The notes: generated by a model from the letters alone, not told the origin. 64,000 nt of DNA from Phycisphaerae bacterium (GCA_963666835.2 CAXXGO010000001.1:352001-416000); one strand, 5' to 3'; positions 49,801 to 60,179 are shown, counted from the stretch's first letter. Translations and numbers: made by a program.

Positions 49801-49993
49801 TCTCTATGCCTATCCGGAGTGGAGCGCGGCGGCTCTGTACGAAGCGGGCCGGTGTTTCGAACAGCTTTCCAAGCCGGCCGAGGCGCGAGTGCAGTTCAAG
49901 ACCGTGGCGGAGAAACACTCGGAAACGCGCTGGGCGGCAATGGCGGTCAGCAAGCTGAAGGAAGTGCCGCCGGTGTCACTGCCGGGGCATTAG
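46817..49993 (+). CDS. Giant periplasmic TPR protein (CpoB/BamD-like repeats)
   Basis: Signal peptide, then many TPR-like helical repeats ending (Y/F/H)P.S; VDILYAYPEWSAAALYEAG. Confidence 0.9.
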   Translation: MFNVLRTGPWLLGLAVAVGVGSTVAASGPDQDRAAVPRDYYSANGLLNRGLYDLAETEYRRFLSEHEDHDKAATARYGLSVCLYRLGRHEDATVELERLIALPEPPFAAEVLTMLGQCRLATGRHAAAVEAFEQVIRDHLKHDLVDDAVAGAAEALYLSGRFDEAISKCRLLTSRWPDSPLRERTEFFRGLAAMGNGDFAAGAECFEGLISEFPDGPFMDQASLLLAQCHHHNNAVENALRQYRQVLSRSGTRFFAEALYGLGVLALQQDRAKEAGVLFDELLNRHADSVHASSARFYRGRAWYEQGEFDKALSSLEKCAEGVKDATLADDVAYWMAKCRLRQGAFPDAAERLTAAIAAHPQSDLLPEMYYDRAIALVQAGEPEAGVEALEEYRRRYADHSMDPDALHLLGATRHEQGRYDDSAAYCRAFIEQYPKHELVAEVVFLAAENDMLAGRFTEAARGFDEFLKRYPGDAQVVKAEYRLGMALYNLQRFDEAEARLRKVVQNTGADEAFRPGLLALGDIHFQRSEWEQAERLLSDYLSGETVGGSADDALLKLGLALQRQEKHSEAIAVFSRLIDGSPDGPHRLQAVFERGQALAALKRFDEARKAFEQVLAEGGESRFKPYALNHLGSVAMRDGDFTAAAGFFEKVNESAGTPVDEGESLFNRGQALLAGGSFKEAESVFGELLERFPKHARAGSATAQLAIARSRQDRCPAALESIARIEGESGAKLSNTLRRAVQYEKAWCLRKVGRSDEAADTYRALLEGKGSDDERRHALLDLAGIEFEAVRYEVAAGLLRQLDEAITGASFTEPADMREQRTYQLAVCEFELKRYSEAAKLFEEFVGLFPASRLLASASFFCGEAYSALGDFNAAVPHLSRVVEGFPSDPVYPASILRLGEGLAALQRWPRCEQVFSEYLSRFGDAERWFQAQFGVGWARENQGRYDEAIQAYEAVVARHQGPTAARAQFQIGECLFAKKQYDEAVRALLKVDILYAYPEWSAAALYEAGRCFEQLSKPAEARVQFKTVAEKHSETRWAAMAVSKLKEVPPVSLPGH

Positions 49994-50042
49994 ACGAATT
50001 GCGGGCGGGCAACCGATCCGAATACGACAGGAGCTTGGATAC

Positions 50043-50864
50043 GTGAGTGTGTTGATGGCAGTGTCGGGGGTAGTGGTCTTGGGGCAGGTTACTGGGGGAC
50101 CGGTCGAGGGCGCGGGGGCGTCCGTGACCGGGCAGATTCAATCGGTCTGGGATTTCGTCGTCAAGGGCGGGCCGATGATGATCCCGATTGGGATCCTGTC
50201 GCTCGTGGCGCTGACCGTGATCATTGAGCGGATGGTGAGCCTGCGCCGCCGCCAGGTGGTACCCGACGGCTTCTTGCCCGGCCTGCAGGCGGTGCTGGAA
50301 GATGGTCTGGACGACCGCACCGCCGCCCTTGAGTATTGTCAGAACGATGGCAGTCCGGTTGCGAGTATCTTCGCCGTGGGGATCAAGAGACTCGGCGAGC
50401 CGGTGGAGCTGCTCGAGAAGCACGTTCAGGAAGCCGGAGAGCGCGAGGTTCGCAAACTCCGTAAGTTTCTGCGCTCGCTGGCCGTGGTGGCGTCCATCGC
50501 CCCGTTGATGGGGCTATTGGGTACGATCTTCGGGATGATCAAAGCGTTTCAGACCGTGGCAACTTCGGGCGAAGCGCTGGGCAAAGCGGAACTGCTCGCC
50601 AAAGGGATCTACGAAGCGATGATCACGACGGCCGCGGGGCTGTTGGTGGCCATCCCGACTCTGATTGCCTATCACTGGATTTCCGCCAAGATCGAACGGC
50701 TTGTGACGGAGATGGACCAGATGACGTGCGAGTTCATCGAGGAGTATGCGGGAACCGAACCTGCTTCGCAGTCGCGAGCGTCACGTTTGCGCCCGGTCAG
50801 CGAGTCGGTCGGCACCGCTGAGGCAGTGGCGGATGACGCCAGGGCCAACGCGGCTTCGGCTTGA
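50043..50864 (+). CDS. exbB: MotA/TolQ/ExbB proton channel protein
   Basis: GGPMMIPI; APLMGLLGTIFGMIKAF; GIYEAMITTAAGLLVAIP. Confidence 0.93.
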   Translation: MSVLMAVSGVVVLGQVTGGPVEGAGASVTGQIQSVWDFVVKGGPMMIPIGILSLVALTVIIERMVSLRRRQVVPDGFLPGLQAVLEDGLDDRTAALEYCQNDGSPVASIFAVGIKRLGEPVELLEKHVQEAGEREVRKLRKFLRSLAVVASIAPLMGLLGTIFGMIKAFQTVATSGEALGKAELLAKGIYEAMITTAAGLLVAIPTLIAYHWISAKIERLVTEMDQMTCEFIEEYAGTEPASQSRASRLRPVSESVGTAEAVADDARANAASA

Positions 50865-50931
50865 GGGGATAATGTGTGTCGCGATACGTCTTGCAGGATG
50901 AACCACGGGGGTGCGGCTTTGGTTATGAGAG

Positions 50932-51165
50932 TTCGAGTCCCCCAACGCTAAAGCGATGGGCCACCCGTTTGAACGATAAACCGGAGGGGGCCGGTCTTGG
51001 ACGTGGGTGGGCTGAATCCGCCGGTGGTTCGAGTCCCCCACCTCTAAAGAGGTGGGCCACCCATTTGACGAGGCGGGCCACCCATTTGACGAGGCGGGCC
51101 ACTCATCTGGGGCGGGCCACTCATTTGGAGAGCAGCACGCATCTGAAGAGGGCCGCCCATCTAAT
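50932..51165. repeat. REP hairpins plus ~21-bp stutter repeat between exbB and exbD
   Basis: TTCGAGTCCCCCA..TAAAG..TGGGCCACCC x2, then repeated GGGCCAC(C/T)CAT(T/C)TG units. Confidence 0.8.
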
Positions 51166-51192
51166 GGACTTTTCCGGAAACGGCGCTGAGGC

Positions 51193-51606
51193 ATGTTGAT
51201 ATCTGCAGAAGAACAGAAGCCGACGGTCTCGATCGAGCTGACGCCGATGATCGACATGGTCTTTTTGCTGCTGATCTTCTTCCTGGTGGCCACGACGTTT
51301 CGCCAGGAAGAAAGGGAGATGCAGATCGCTCTGCCCTTTGCCAGTTCGACGGCTCCGATCAGTACGATGCTGCGCGAGCTGATCGTCAACGTTGATGCCG
51401 ACGGGGCGATTATCGTCGGCGGCCGGCGGATCGATGAGGACGCCCTGCAGAAGATCATCACCGATGCCGTAGCCGGTAACCCGGAGCAGAAGGTCACCGT
51501 GCGCGGAGATCGCGGAACGGCTTATGCCAATGTGGTTCGAGTGCTGGATGTCTGCAAGGTCGGTGGTATTCAAGAACCCTACCTCGACACGGTGTTGCCC
51601 GAATGA
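51193..51606 (+). CDS. exbD: ExbD/TolR biopolymer transport protein
   Basis: IELTPMIDMVFLLLIFFLVAT; VTVRGD..Y..VVRVLD. Confidence 0.95.
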   Translation: MLISAEEQKPTVSIELTPMIDMVFLLLIFFLVATTFRQEEREMQIALPFASSTAPISTMLRELIVNVDADGAIIVGGRRIDEDALQKIITDAVAGNPEQKVTVRGDRGTAYANVVRVLDVCKVGGIQEPYLDTVLPE

Positions 51607-54600
51607 GTGGTGCGTCTTCCGCAAGCCCGCCGCCCGGTGAGAAGGCCGCTCCGAAGCGGTCCTGGTGTCGCCGCTTGATGATAGGCGCGGCGATACTCGT
51701 GGGGATCGACGCGGCTACGGTGGCGGCGGTGCTTTGGCCGCGGACCATGGTGTTCTATACGGATGCCGACACGATTCGCGTACCGGCGCAGGTCGCGGCG
51801 CTACGCGAGGTTCTCTGGCAGCCGCCCGTGCAGCTTCCTGATCTGATCAATACCGAATCCGACGATTACGAGCCCCGGCTAAGTGCCGATGGAATGACAC
51901 TATACTTCGTGCGCGGTAAGGCCGGCGATAATGCCGACGTGTACCGTTGCACCCGCACGCCGGACGGTTGGACCGAGCCCGTTCCCGTGGTGGAATTGAA
52001 CACGGAGTATGACGAGCTGGGGGCGGAGCCTTCGGCGGACGGGCGGTCCATTTACTTCTACAGTAATCGCCCCGGGGGGCAAGGCGGCTACGATCTCTGG
52101 GCGATCCATCGCGGGCTCGACGGAGAGTCGGGATTCTCAGCTCCGGTGAACCTGGGGCCGAGAGTCAACTCGGAGTACAACGACTACGGTCCGGCGCTTA
52201 CGGCCGACGGCAAAACACTGTACTTCGCTTCGAACCGACCGCAGCCGCGCGACGCCGACCAGCCCGATCCGGACGCCTGGCCGGGGACAATTCGCGAGGA
52301 CCTGTACCACCGCACCTATGACTTGTTCATGGCACCGCTGACCGAGCAGGGCCCGGGAGACGCGCGACCTTTGGCGGCGTTGAACACGCCGTACAACGAG
52401 GGCGCCCCCGCGGTCAGCCCGGTGGGGGACTTCGTGTACTTTGCCTCCGATCGCCCCGGCGGCGAAGGGGCTTTTGATGTCTATCGATCCCGCCGGCTCC
52501 GCGGCGTCCACCAGCCGGCGGACAACTTGGGCGACGTCGTCAACACGGCGGCCAACGAGCTGGACCCGGGCATGACTCTCGGAGGATTCGCTCTCTATTT
52601 CAGTTCCGACCGGCCGGCGCAGCGCAGCGATCCGGAAAAGCCCAACCCGTATCATGTGTTTCAGACGACCTCCCGCGAGGTCTTCACGGAGACCGAAACC
52701 CGGCAGGTGTCCATCGACTGGGCGGCACTGTGGTCCGAAGTGGGGCCGAACCTGCTGTGGGCGTTGTTGGCGTTGCTGTTGCTTCTGCTCCTGCTAGTGG
52801 TCTTCAGAGACCTTCAGCGTCGCCGGCTCAGCTTGTTGGCCCGGTGTTTGCTCGCCTCCATTGCGGCCCATCTGCTGTTAATGTTGCTGTTCAACGTGTG
52901 GGGCGTGACCGTCTCGCTTGCCCGAGAGTTGAAAGGCCGCGGGCGCATTCAGATTGCGCTCGCTGCCCCGGTGAAAGGCAATGACATTTCCACCCAGATC
53001 CGCGGGGAGTTCACCGAGGTTGACACTCCGCCTCCCGTTCAACTGGAAAGTGAGCGAGCGGCGAGCGAGATTGCTGTAGAACCTGTTGCCGAACCGGCGA
53101 ATCCCGGCTTTGACCATCAACCCGTGCGGTTCGAGCATCGTTTGCTGGTCGACAGGCGAGTTGTAGAGGCTGAACCCGAGTCCCGCCCGGATGTTCCGGA
53201 TTCCACCCCGGATTCGACGCGCACCGAACGCAAAGAGGCTTTGGACTTGGCGGTGCCGTTCGAGGAACGCCGGGTAGATGCGGCGGAGGAAGCTTCTTCG
53301 TTTTCCCCGGATCCCGTTGCCGATTCTGCCGGCGCTCGCATGGCGATCGACCGGGTCGAGCGGGATACGACCGCGGCGGACCAACCGATCGAGCTTCCGC
53401 CGGATCGGCTTTCGGAATACACCCGTTTGCCGCGACGCAGTCTGGCCGAGTTTGCGCCGAATCGACCTCCACGCGTTGACGTTCCCTCGCCGGTTCCTTC
53501 GGTTGGTGGAACGGCGGTTTGTCAGGTTTCGGAAGCTGAGTTTGGATTAGCTTTGCCGAAGGATGACCGCCGGATCAGTGATTCGGAGAACGGTTCGGCA
53601 CCCGCGCCGGCTCCGGTGGCCGAGGTGCTGAGCGAGCGCCTGGCCATCGACCGGATCGAGCGAGTTCCGGCCGTGGCGGACCAACCCATCGAGCTTCCAC
53701 CGGATCGGCTTTCGGAAGATACGCGTTTGCCGCGGCATAGCCTCGCGGAGTTCGCGCCGAATCGTCCTGTTGTGGTCGACGTACCGTCGCCGAATCCGTC
53801 GGTCGACGAGGCGGCGGCTTGGCAAGCCCCGGAAGCGCAGCTTGGATTGGCCCTCCCGCACGACGAGCGCAGGGTTCAGGAGGCGGAAGATGCCTCCATA
53901 ACCCGGCCCGTTCCTGTTGCCGACGCGACGAGCGCGCGCTTGGCGGTGGATTCCGTAGATGGCGTTTCGGAGGTGTCCGATTACCCGGTAGAACTTGTTC
54001 CAGACCGGGTGGTTGACGATCTTCGCATGCCACCGCGTAGCTTGGCTGCGCGTACGCCGAACCGAGCCTCCAACGTCGAGGTTTCTTCTCCGACTCTATT
54101 GGCCGATGCCACAACGGTATCATCACCGCCGACCTTCGAGTTGGATCTGGCGCTGCCGCAGGCTCAGCAACCCGGGGTCGATCAGGAGCACAGCCAACTG
54201 CCCGCGGCCGAGATGCCCGAATCGGTTCGGTCGAAGTTGTCCCCGCGTACGGTGACCAGTCCGGACGTCCCCGTTGTTTCTACTATGAAACCCGCAAGCC
54301 CGGCGACTGCGGGAAACGCGACCAGCCTGGCCGATGCAAGCCGTCCACGGGAGAGCGATTTGCCTGGAGCCGCGAATATGACCGCGCCGATCAGAGCCGA
54401 CGGTCTTGATACCCCCTACGTTCCGAATGCCGATCTGGCTCTGCCGACGGTCGAGGAGATTCCCGCGGATGTGCGGAATGAGCCCGCGGTCCTTCCCCAA
54501 GGGACGGTCGTTGACGGGCTCCGCAAGACGCTGCCGCTGATCATGGATGTTGACACACCCGAGTCACCACGGTTATTCGATCCGATCCCGCACCTGCCGT

Positions 54601-56495
54601 TTTCGGCGCAACTGGCGCAGCACGGACTGCCGCTACGGAAGCCGCGAACGGAAGGGGCGGCGGTGGCCGTGCCGGGTCTTGCTGTTTCAGCTCCCCGCGA
54701 TCACGATTCCCTGACGCCGAGTCAGGCGATTCCGAATCTGCGTCTCCCCGGCGAGGTGGTTCTGCCGGACGATACGTACGCCCAGCGGGCCCGGGCCCAG
54801 CGGTTGGCTGTGGTTAAGGGAATGGGCGGTAGCGAGGCCACCGAAGAGGCGGTGCGTTTGGCTCTGAAGTGGCTGGCGGCACACCAGAGCGATGACGGGC
54901 GGTGGGACGGCCGCGACTTCGACGATAATTGCGGAGAGTGCGGCGGCCAGACGGATATCGAAATCGATACGGCTCTTACCGGACTGGCTCTGCTTTGTTT
55001 CCTGGCGGCGGATCATACGAATGTCAAGGAGGGTCCATACCGCGCGAACGTCGAGCGCGGTTTACAGTGGCTACTCCGGCGACAAGCGCCCAACGGCGAC
55101 TTCCGCGGTGAGGAGACCATGTACAGCCAGGGCATCGCCACGATCGCGCTGGCGGAAGCGTACGGCATGACCCGTGATTCTCGTCTGGCGGAACCGCTCC
55201 GCAAAGCCGTTCGTTTCATCGACCAGGCGCGCGATCCATCCAGCGGTGTGTGGCGCTACGAGCCCGGTCAGCCCGGTGACACCTCCGTGTTGGGATGGCA
55301 GATCATGGCGTTCAAGAGTGCCCGCGAAGCCGGCCTCGAGGTGCCGATGGATCCGTTCGTTGCCGCGCGCGATTGGCTGGATGATGTCAGCCCGTCGTCA
55401 CATCCCGGGCTGTATGCATATCAACCGGGACAGCGCGTCACGGTTACGATGACGGCCGAAGGTTTGTTCATACAACAATTGCTCGGCCGGCGGCGTAGCG
55501 AGCCGCGTATGCAAGAGTCGGTTGCGGTTGTCCTGGATCACCTGCCGGGTTCGGACGACGATTTCAACACGTATTTTTGGTACTACGGTACGTTGGCTCT
55601 GTTTCATCATCAGGGCGAGGCCTGGCGGACCTGGAACGAGGCCCTTACCGAACAGCTTCTCACGCGGCAACGCCGGGACGGTTCGGCGGCGGGAAGCTGG
55701 AATCCGGAGGGCAAGTGGGCCAAGCTCGGTGGGCGCATATACCAGACGACCCTCTGCACGCTGATGTTGGAGGTGTACTATCGCTACTTACCCCTCTTCC
55801 TACAAGAGCGACCGTTAGAGGCGATCGGGACGATAACGGGGCGGGTGACCCACGCCGAGACCGACGCTCCGATTGCCGGCGCGCGGGTCCGACTGGATCT
55901 GCCCGACAGTGCTCCGATCGAGGTCGTAACCGATACGCTCGGGCGGTATTCCCTCTTCCCGCCGGAAGTGCCAACGTTCTTTGCGCTGTCGGCGTCGGCC
56001 GAAGGCTATCTGCCGGATTCGAAAAACGTAGCCACCGCCATGGTGAAAGGTGCCGAGTTGGCTCTTGACTTCTCCTTGGAAGAAGAGACCCAGAGCATCG
56101 TGGCGTTGGAGTCCGAGCCCGAGGTTCATCACCTCGGTGACGACCAGTTTGACGGCCGGATCAACAGCCAGTTCCAACGAAAGGCCGAAGGCTCTCGATA
56201 TACGGGTTCTTTCACGCTCTCGGCCAGGCAGCTTCCGCCGCACTACAACACGGCGGAGATCACCATATTGGTCAAAGGGGTACAGCTTTCGAGTCGGATC
56301 AGGGTTAACGGGCGGACTATCCCGACCCGGCTGGACTGGTCGCCGCGCGATGGCAGCTTCGGTGAGTTCACCGCTTCCCTCAATCCGGACTTACTGCGCG
56401 CGGGTGACAACACCTTCGAGATCCTTTCCAGCTCCACCGGGTCCGATATCGACGACTTCGAGTTCGTCAACATTCAGATCCACCTCTCGCCGTAA
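51603..56495 (+). CDS. Multidomain membrane protein: PD40 (TolB-like) propeller, two TMs including SxxxH, Pro-rich stalk, prenyltransferase-like barrel, beta-sandwich domains
   Basis: Five P.(L)SADG..LYF.S.R-type repeats; LLASIAAHLLL; ~100-aa stalk repeats; ALKWLAAHQSDDGRW, GVWRY, GSW; GTITGRV..PIAGA carboxypeptidase-regulatory-like domain; ATGA overlap with exbD. Confidence 0.88.
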   Translation: MSGASSASPPPGEKAAPKRSWCRRLMIGAAILVGIDAATVAAVLWPRTMVFYTDADTIRVPAQVAALREVLWQPPVQLPDLINTESDDYEPRLSADGMTLYFVRGKAGDNADVYRCTRTPDGWTEPVPVVELNTEYDELGAEPSADGRSIYFYSNRPGGQGGYDLWAIHRGLDGESGFSAPVNLGPRVNSEYNDYGPALTADGKTLYFASNRPQPRDADQPDPDAWPGTIREDLYHRTYDLFMAPLTEQGPGDARPLAALNTPYNEGAPAVSPVGDFVYFASDRPGGEGAFDVYRSRRLRGVHQPADNLGDVVNTAANELDPGMTLGGFALYFSSDRPAQRSDPEKPNPYHVFQTTSREVFTETETRQVSIDWAALWSEVGPNLLWALLALLLLLLLLVVFRDLQRRRLSLLARCLLASIAAHLLLMLLFNVWGVTVSLARELKGRGRIQIALAAPVKGNDISTQIRGEFTEVDTPPPVQLESERAASEIAVEPVAEPANPGFDHQPVRFEHRLLVDRRVVEAEPESRPDVPDSTPDSTRTERKEALDLAVPFEERRVDAAEEASSFSPDPVADSAGARMAIDRVERDTTAADQPIELPPDRLSEYTRLPRRSLAEFAPNRPPRVDVPSPVPSVGGTAVCQVSEAEFGLALPKDDRRISDSENGSAPAPAPVAEVLSERLAIDRIERVPAVADQPIELPPDRLSEDTRLPRHSLAEFAPNRPVVVDVPSPNPSVDEAAAWQAPEAQLGLALPHDERRVQEAEDASITRPVPVADATSARLAVDSVDGVSEVSDYPVELVPDRVVDDLRMPPRSLAARTPNRASNVEVSSPTLLADATTVSSPPTFELDLALPQAQQPGVDQEHSQLPAAEMPESVRSKLSPRTVTSPDVPVVSTMKPASPATAGNATSLADASRPRESDLPGAANMTAPIRADGLDTPYVPNADLALPTVEEIPADVRNEPAVLPQGTVVDGLRKTLPLIMDVDTPESPRLFDPIPHLPFSAQLAQHGLPLRKPRTEGAAVAVPGLAVSAPRDHDSLTPSQAIPNLRLPGEVVLPDDTYAQRARAQRLAVVKGMGGSEATEEAVRLALKWLAAHQSDDGRWDGRDFDDNCGECGGQTDIEIDTALTGLALLCFLAADHTNVKEGPYRANVERGLQWLLRRQAPNGDFRGEETMYSQGIATIALAEAYGMTRDSRLAEPLRKAVRFIDQARDPSSGVWRYEPGQPGDTSVLGWQIMAFKSAREAGLEVPMDPFVAARDWLDDVSPSSHPGLYAYQPGQRVTVTMTAEGLFIQQLLGRRRSEPRMQESVAVVLDHLPGSDDDFNTYFWYYGTLALFHHQGEAWRTWNEALTEQLLTRQRRDGSAAGSWNPEGKWAKLGGRIYQTTLCTLMLEVYYRYLPLFLQERPLEAIGTITGRVTHAETDAPIAGARVRLDLPDSAPIEVVTDTLGRYSLFPPEVPTFFALSASAEGYLPDSKNVATAMVKGAELALDFSLEEETQSIVALESEPEVHHLGDDQFDGRINSQFQRKAEGSRYTGSFTLSARQLPPHYNTAEITILVKGVQLSSRIRVNGRTIPTRLDWSPRDGSFGEFTASLNPDLLRAGDNTFEILSSSTGSDIDDFEFVNIQIHLSP

Positions 56496-56669
56496 CGCCT
56501 CACCCCGTTGGATAATATCGGGCGTTCGTGCGCATCCTCTGCCGGCGTGGGTAAGGCCCAGCCGCCCCTCGAATACGCCGATCATCATGGAAGATACTGC
56601 GCCACCGGCCGAGGGGTCGTATCGGGGAGATTCGCCCGGGGTCTTCACGGGATTCTCCACCTTTCCCGC

Positions 56670-56748
56670 GCGGGTGCTCCATCACTTTAGTGGTGGGGGA
56701 CTCACGTGTTCCCGCGAGGGTGGCCCATTGCTTTGGCGGTGGGGGACG
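56670..56748. repeat. REP hairpin pair (same family as the IS1182 target)
   Basis: GGGTGCTCCATCACTTTAGTGGTGGGGGACTC and GGGTGGCCCATTGCTTTGGCGGTGGGGGACGC. Confidence 0.7.
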
Positions 56749-56947
56749 CACGTGCGTCACTGTGGACAGACGGGGGAAGGGTCTCGTTCGACCCGGTTGG
56801 TTGCGGTGAAACCCCATTTTCGTTACCTGCGGTCGGCGCAGGGCACGGTATTGTTCGTTTGCGGTCCCAAGTCGTGCCACCGCCCCGAACTGCCGGAGGA
56901 ACGGCCGACTGGGATACAGTTCGTAGACGCCGAAGGATGAGCTGCTA

Positions 56948-59900
56948 ATGTCAGAGTCCACCGTCACAATCCTGACCATCGATGACGATACCCACGTCCG
57001 GCACAGCATAGCTGCTTTCCTGGTGGATCACGGATTCCAGGTGCGCGAGGCCGAAGACGGTCGCGAGGGTCTGGAGCTCTTCCATCAGATCCGGCCGGAT
57101 CTGGTGCTGGTGGATCTGAGGATGCCGAAAGTCAGCGGGTTTGAAGTGATCGACACGATTCTGCGAGAGTCGCCGGGCACGCCGATGGTAGTGATATCCG
57201 GGGTGGGGGTCCTCGCTGACGCCGTCGAGGCTCTGCATCGCGGAGCGTGGGACTACGTGCTCAAGCCTATTGAAGATATGGCGGTATTATCGCACGCGGT
57301 GGACAAGGCTCTCGAGCGGGCTCGACTTCTTCGGCAGAATCGGGAATACCAAGGTAATCTGGAGCGGCAGATCAAGGACCGGACGGCCGAGCTGGAAGCT
57401 TCCAACGCGCAGCTTCTTCAGGAAGTAGAGGAACGCCGGCTCTCGCAGGCGGCGCGCGAGCGGACTCTGCAATACCAGGTCCGAGTCAATCAACTCCAGC
57501 AGGCGTTGTTGGGACCGGGTAGTCTTGAATGTAAGTTGAAGATGGTCACTGACGGCGTGGTTGACATCTTCGGCGGTGATTTCTGCCGTATCTGGTTGAC
57601 CGCGCCTGGGGATTTGTGTGATTCCGGGTGTGTGTACGCTTCCGCGGCCGAAGGGTCGCGCGCGTGCAGTGACCGGGAGCGCTGTTTGCACCTGGTTGCC
57701 AGCTCCGGTAGATACACTCACATTGATGGGATAGAGCACCGGCGGGTGCCGCTCGGACGCTGCAAGATCGGTCGGATTGCCACGGGAGAAGAACGCAAGC
57801 TCGTGATCAATGACGTGAGCCAGGGCTCCTGGCTCCTCGATCATGAATGGGCCGAGGATCTGGGACTCGTTTCGTTCGCGGGTTACCGGCTCCGGCCTCC
57901 CGACGAGGGTATTGTCGGAGTGCTGGTGCTGTTCGCCCAACGCCCTTTAGCGGCCGAGGAAGACGCGCTTCTCGACAGCCTCAGCCACACCGCCGCCCAG
58001 GTAGTCTCCAAGTGCCGGGCCGAGGAGGCGCTGCAAAGGGCGAACCTCGTGGTTGAGAACAGTCCGGCCGTACTCTTCCGGTGGAAGGCTGCCCCCGGTT
58101 GGCCGGTCGAGTTCGTCTCGCAGAACGTGGTGCAGTTCGGATACGCTCCCGAGGAGTTTCTCGACTCAGGCCTGCTCTACAGTTCCATCATGCATCCTGA
58201 TGATCTGAAAACGATGGAAGAAGACGTCGCCGCGCTGGTCCGCGACGGCGGTGATCGTTACGAACAAGAATACCGCATCCTCACGAAAGGCGGTGCAATC
58301 CGATGGGTCGATGAGCGAACCGCGTTAGAGCGGGACGCTTCGGGGCAAGTCACTCATTTCCAGGGTGTTGTCGTTGATATAACCGACCGCAAGCGGATGG
58401 AAGAGGCCCTGCGGGACAGCGAGGAGAAGTTCCGCACCATCAGCCAGTGCGCCCTTGACCCGATTGTCATGATGGACTCGCAAGGCCGCATCTCCTACTG
58501 GAATACCGCGGCGGAGGGTCCGTTCGGCTATACCGCGGACGAGGCGGTCGGGCGAAACCTCCACGAGCTACTCGTTCCGAAGCGGTACCTGCCGACCCAC
58601 CTCCGGGCGTTTCCCACCTTTCAGAGAACCGGACAAGGAGCGGCAATCGGCAAGACTCTGGAGCTGACGGCTTTGCGTAGAGATGGCACCGAGTTCCCCG
58701 TGGAACTTTCGGTCGCTCCCGTTCGTCTACGTGATCAATGGCACGCGGTGGGCATCATTCGAGATATCACCGAGCGCAAACGTGCGGAGAACGAGCTGCA
58801 TCGGGCGAAAGATGCGGCCGAGGCGGCCAGCATGGCCAAAAGCGAGTTCCTCGCCAATATGAGCCACGAGATTCGGACTCCGATGACGGCTATTCTCGGG
58901 TTTTCCGACGTTCTGCTCGAAGACGGCCAAGCTCTGGAAGATCAGCACGAGAGAATGGATGCCGTGAAGATGATCAGGCAGAACGGAGAGTACCTGCTGG
59001 GCATCATCAACGATATCCTTGATCTCTCGAAGATCGAGGCAGGGAAAATGGCGGTCGAGAAGATCGCCTGTTCACCATGCCGTCTTCTGGCTGAAGTGGC
59101 GTCGCTCGGACGGGTGCGGGCTGATGCTAAAGACCTGCCGTTCTCCGTCGAGTACCCGTGGCCCGTTCCAGAGACGATTCAGACCGATCCGACCCGTCTT
59201 CGGCAGATTCTCATTAACTTGGTTGGTAATGCGGTCAAGTTCACCGTGTCCGGCCGAGTGCGCCTTCTTGCCGGGCTGGTCGAAAGCGGTGGTGTGCCGA
59301 AGATGCAGTTTGATGTCGTTGATACCGGCGTGGGGATGACCGAAGAACAGGTTGCCCAGCTCTTCCTCCCGTTCACTCAGGCGGACACGTCCACCACCCG
59401 CAAGTTCGGAGGTACGGGACTGGGACTGACGATCAGCAAACGGCTGGCCGGCCTGCTGGACGGCGACGTTACCGTAGTCGAGACCACTCCCGGAGTCGGC
59501 ACGCGTTTTCGAGTTACGGTGGCGACCGGTCCGTTGGACGGCGTTAAGATGGTCGCGGACCCGATCCGCGCCACGGTCGTTGCGCCGGAAACCGAGGATC
59601 GCAAAGCTGCGTTCGGTCGGTGTGACCTCGTCAACTGCCGGGTGCTTGTTGCCGAGGACAACACCACGAACCGCGTTTTGATCTGCGGTTTGCTTCGCAA
59701 GGTCGGGGCGCAGGTCACGGCGGTGGAAAACGGCGCCTTGGCCGTTGATGCCGCCTTGAGGGCTCGCGATGAGGGCAATCCCTTCACCGTTATCATCATG
59801 GATATGCAGATGCCGGTGATGGACGGCTACGCGGCCACGCGCCTGCTTCGCAAACGGGGATACGACCGCCCGATCGTAGCCTTGACGGCTCATGCGATGG

Positions 59901-60025
59901 CGGGCGATTGTGAAGAATGCCTCCTGGCCGGCTGCGACGCCTACGCGACCAAGCCGGTTGACCGGGCGGGTTTGATCGCGACAATTCGGCAACATGCATC
60001 CGAAGATGCCGAGGCCGCCCGCTGA
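56948..60025 (+). CDS. Hybrid histidine kinase (REC-GAF-PAS-PAS-HisKA-HATPase-REC)
   Basis: [55 protein letters not shown]. Confidence 0.95.
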   Translation: MSESTVTILTIDDDTHVRHSIAAFLVDHGFQVREAEDGREGLELFHQIRPDLVLVDLRMPKVSGFEVIDTILRESPGTPMVVISGVGVLADAVEALHRGAWDYVLKPIEDMAVLSHAVDKALERARLLRQNREYQGNLERQIKDRTAELEASNAQLLQEVEERRLSQAARERTLQYQVRVNQLQQALLGPGSLECKLKMVTDGVVDIFGGDFCRIWLTAPGDLCDSGCVYASAAEGSRACSDRERCLHLVASSGRYTHIDGIEHRRVPLGRCKIGRIATGEERKLVINDVSQGSWLLDHEWAEDLGLVSFAGYRLRPPDEGIVGVLVLFAQRPLAAEEDALLDSLSHTAAQVVSKCRAEEALQRANLVVENSPAVLFRWKAAPGWPVEFVSQNVVQFGYAPEEFLDSGLLYSSIMHPDDLKTMEEDVAALVRDGGDRYEQEYRILTKGGAIRWVDERTALERDASGQVTHFQGVVVDITDRKRMEEALRDSEEKFRTISQCALDPIVMMDSQGRISYWNTAAEGPFGYTADEAVGRNLHELLVPKRYLPTHLRAFPTFQRTGQGAAIGKTLELTALRRDGTEFPVELSVAPVRLRDQWHAVGIIRDITERKRAENELHRAKDAAEAASMAKSEFLANMSHEIRTPMTAILGFSDVLLEDGQALEDQHERMDAVKMIRQNGEYLLGIINDILDLSKIEAGKMAVEKIACSPCRLLAEVASLGRVRADAKDLPFSVEYPWPVPETIQTDPTRLRQILINLVGNAVKFTVSGRVRLLAGLVESGGVPKMQFDVVDTGVGMTEEQVAQLFLPFTQADTSTTRKFGGTGLGLTISKRLAGLLDGDVTVVETTPGVGTRFRVTVATGPLDGVKMVADPIRATVVAPETEDRKAAFGRCDLVNCRVLVAEDNTTNRVLICGLLRKVGAQVTAVENGALAVDAALRARDEGNPFTVIIMDMQMPVMDGYAATRLLRKRGYDRPIVALTAHAMAGDCEECLLAGCDAYATKPVDRAGLIATIRQHASEDAEAAR

Positions 60026-60179
60026 GGCGGAGGAGTGATCCCGTCATGATCGTCCTTTCATCACGTTCGTCTCGGCGGCCAATTGATGCTTCACTTATCT
60101 GCCGAGCAGCGAATCGTCCGTTCTGCGATGATTCCAGCTCTCCCCCTTTCACCTCCGAATCTGCCGGGAGAAACCGACG

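Noticed and set aside
50876..51199. 107-aa ORF between exbB and exbD
   Set aside because: Translation of REP/stutter repeats (RRATHL units)
54800..55800. Functional squalene-hopene cyclase
   Set aside because: Only one barrel, no DXDD motif seen, and it sits at the end of a membrane-anchored stalk
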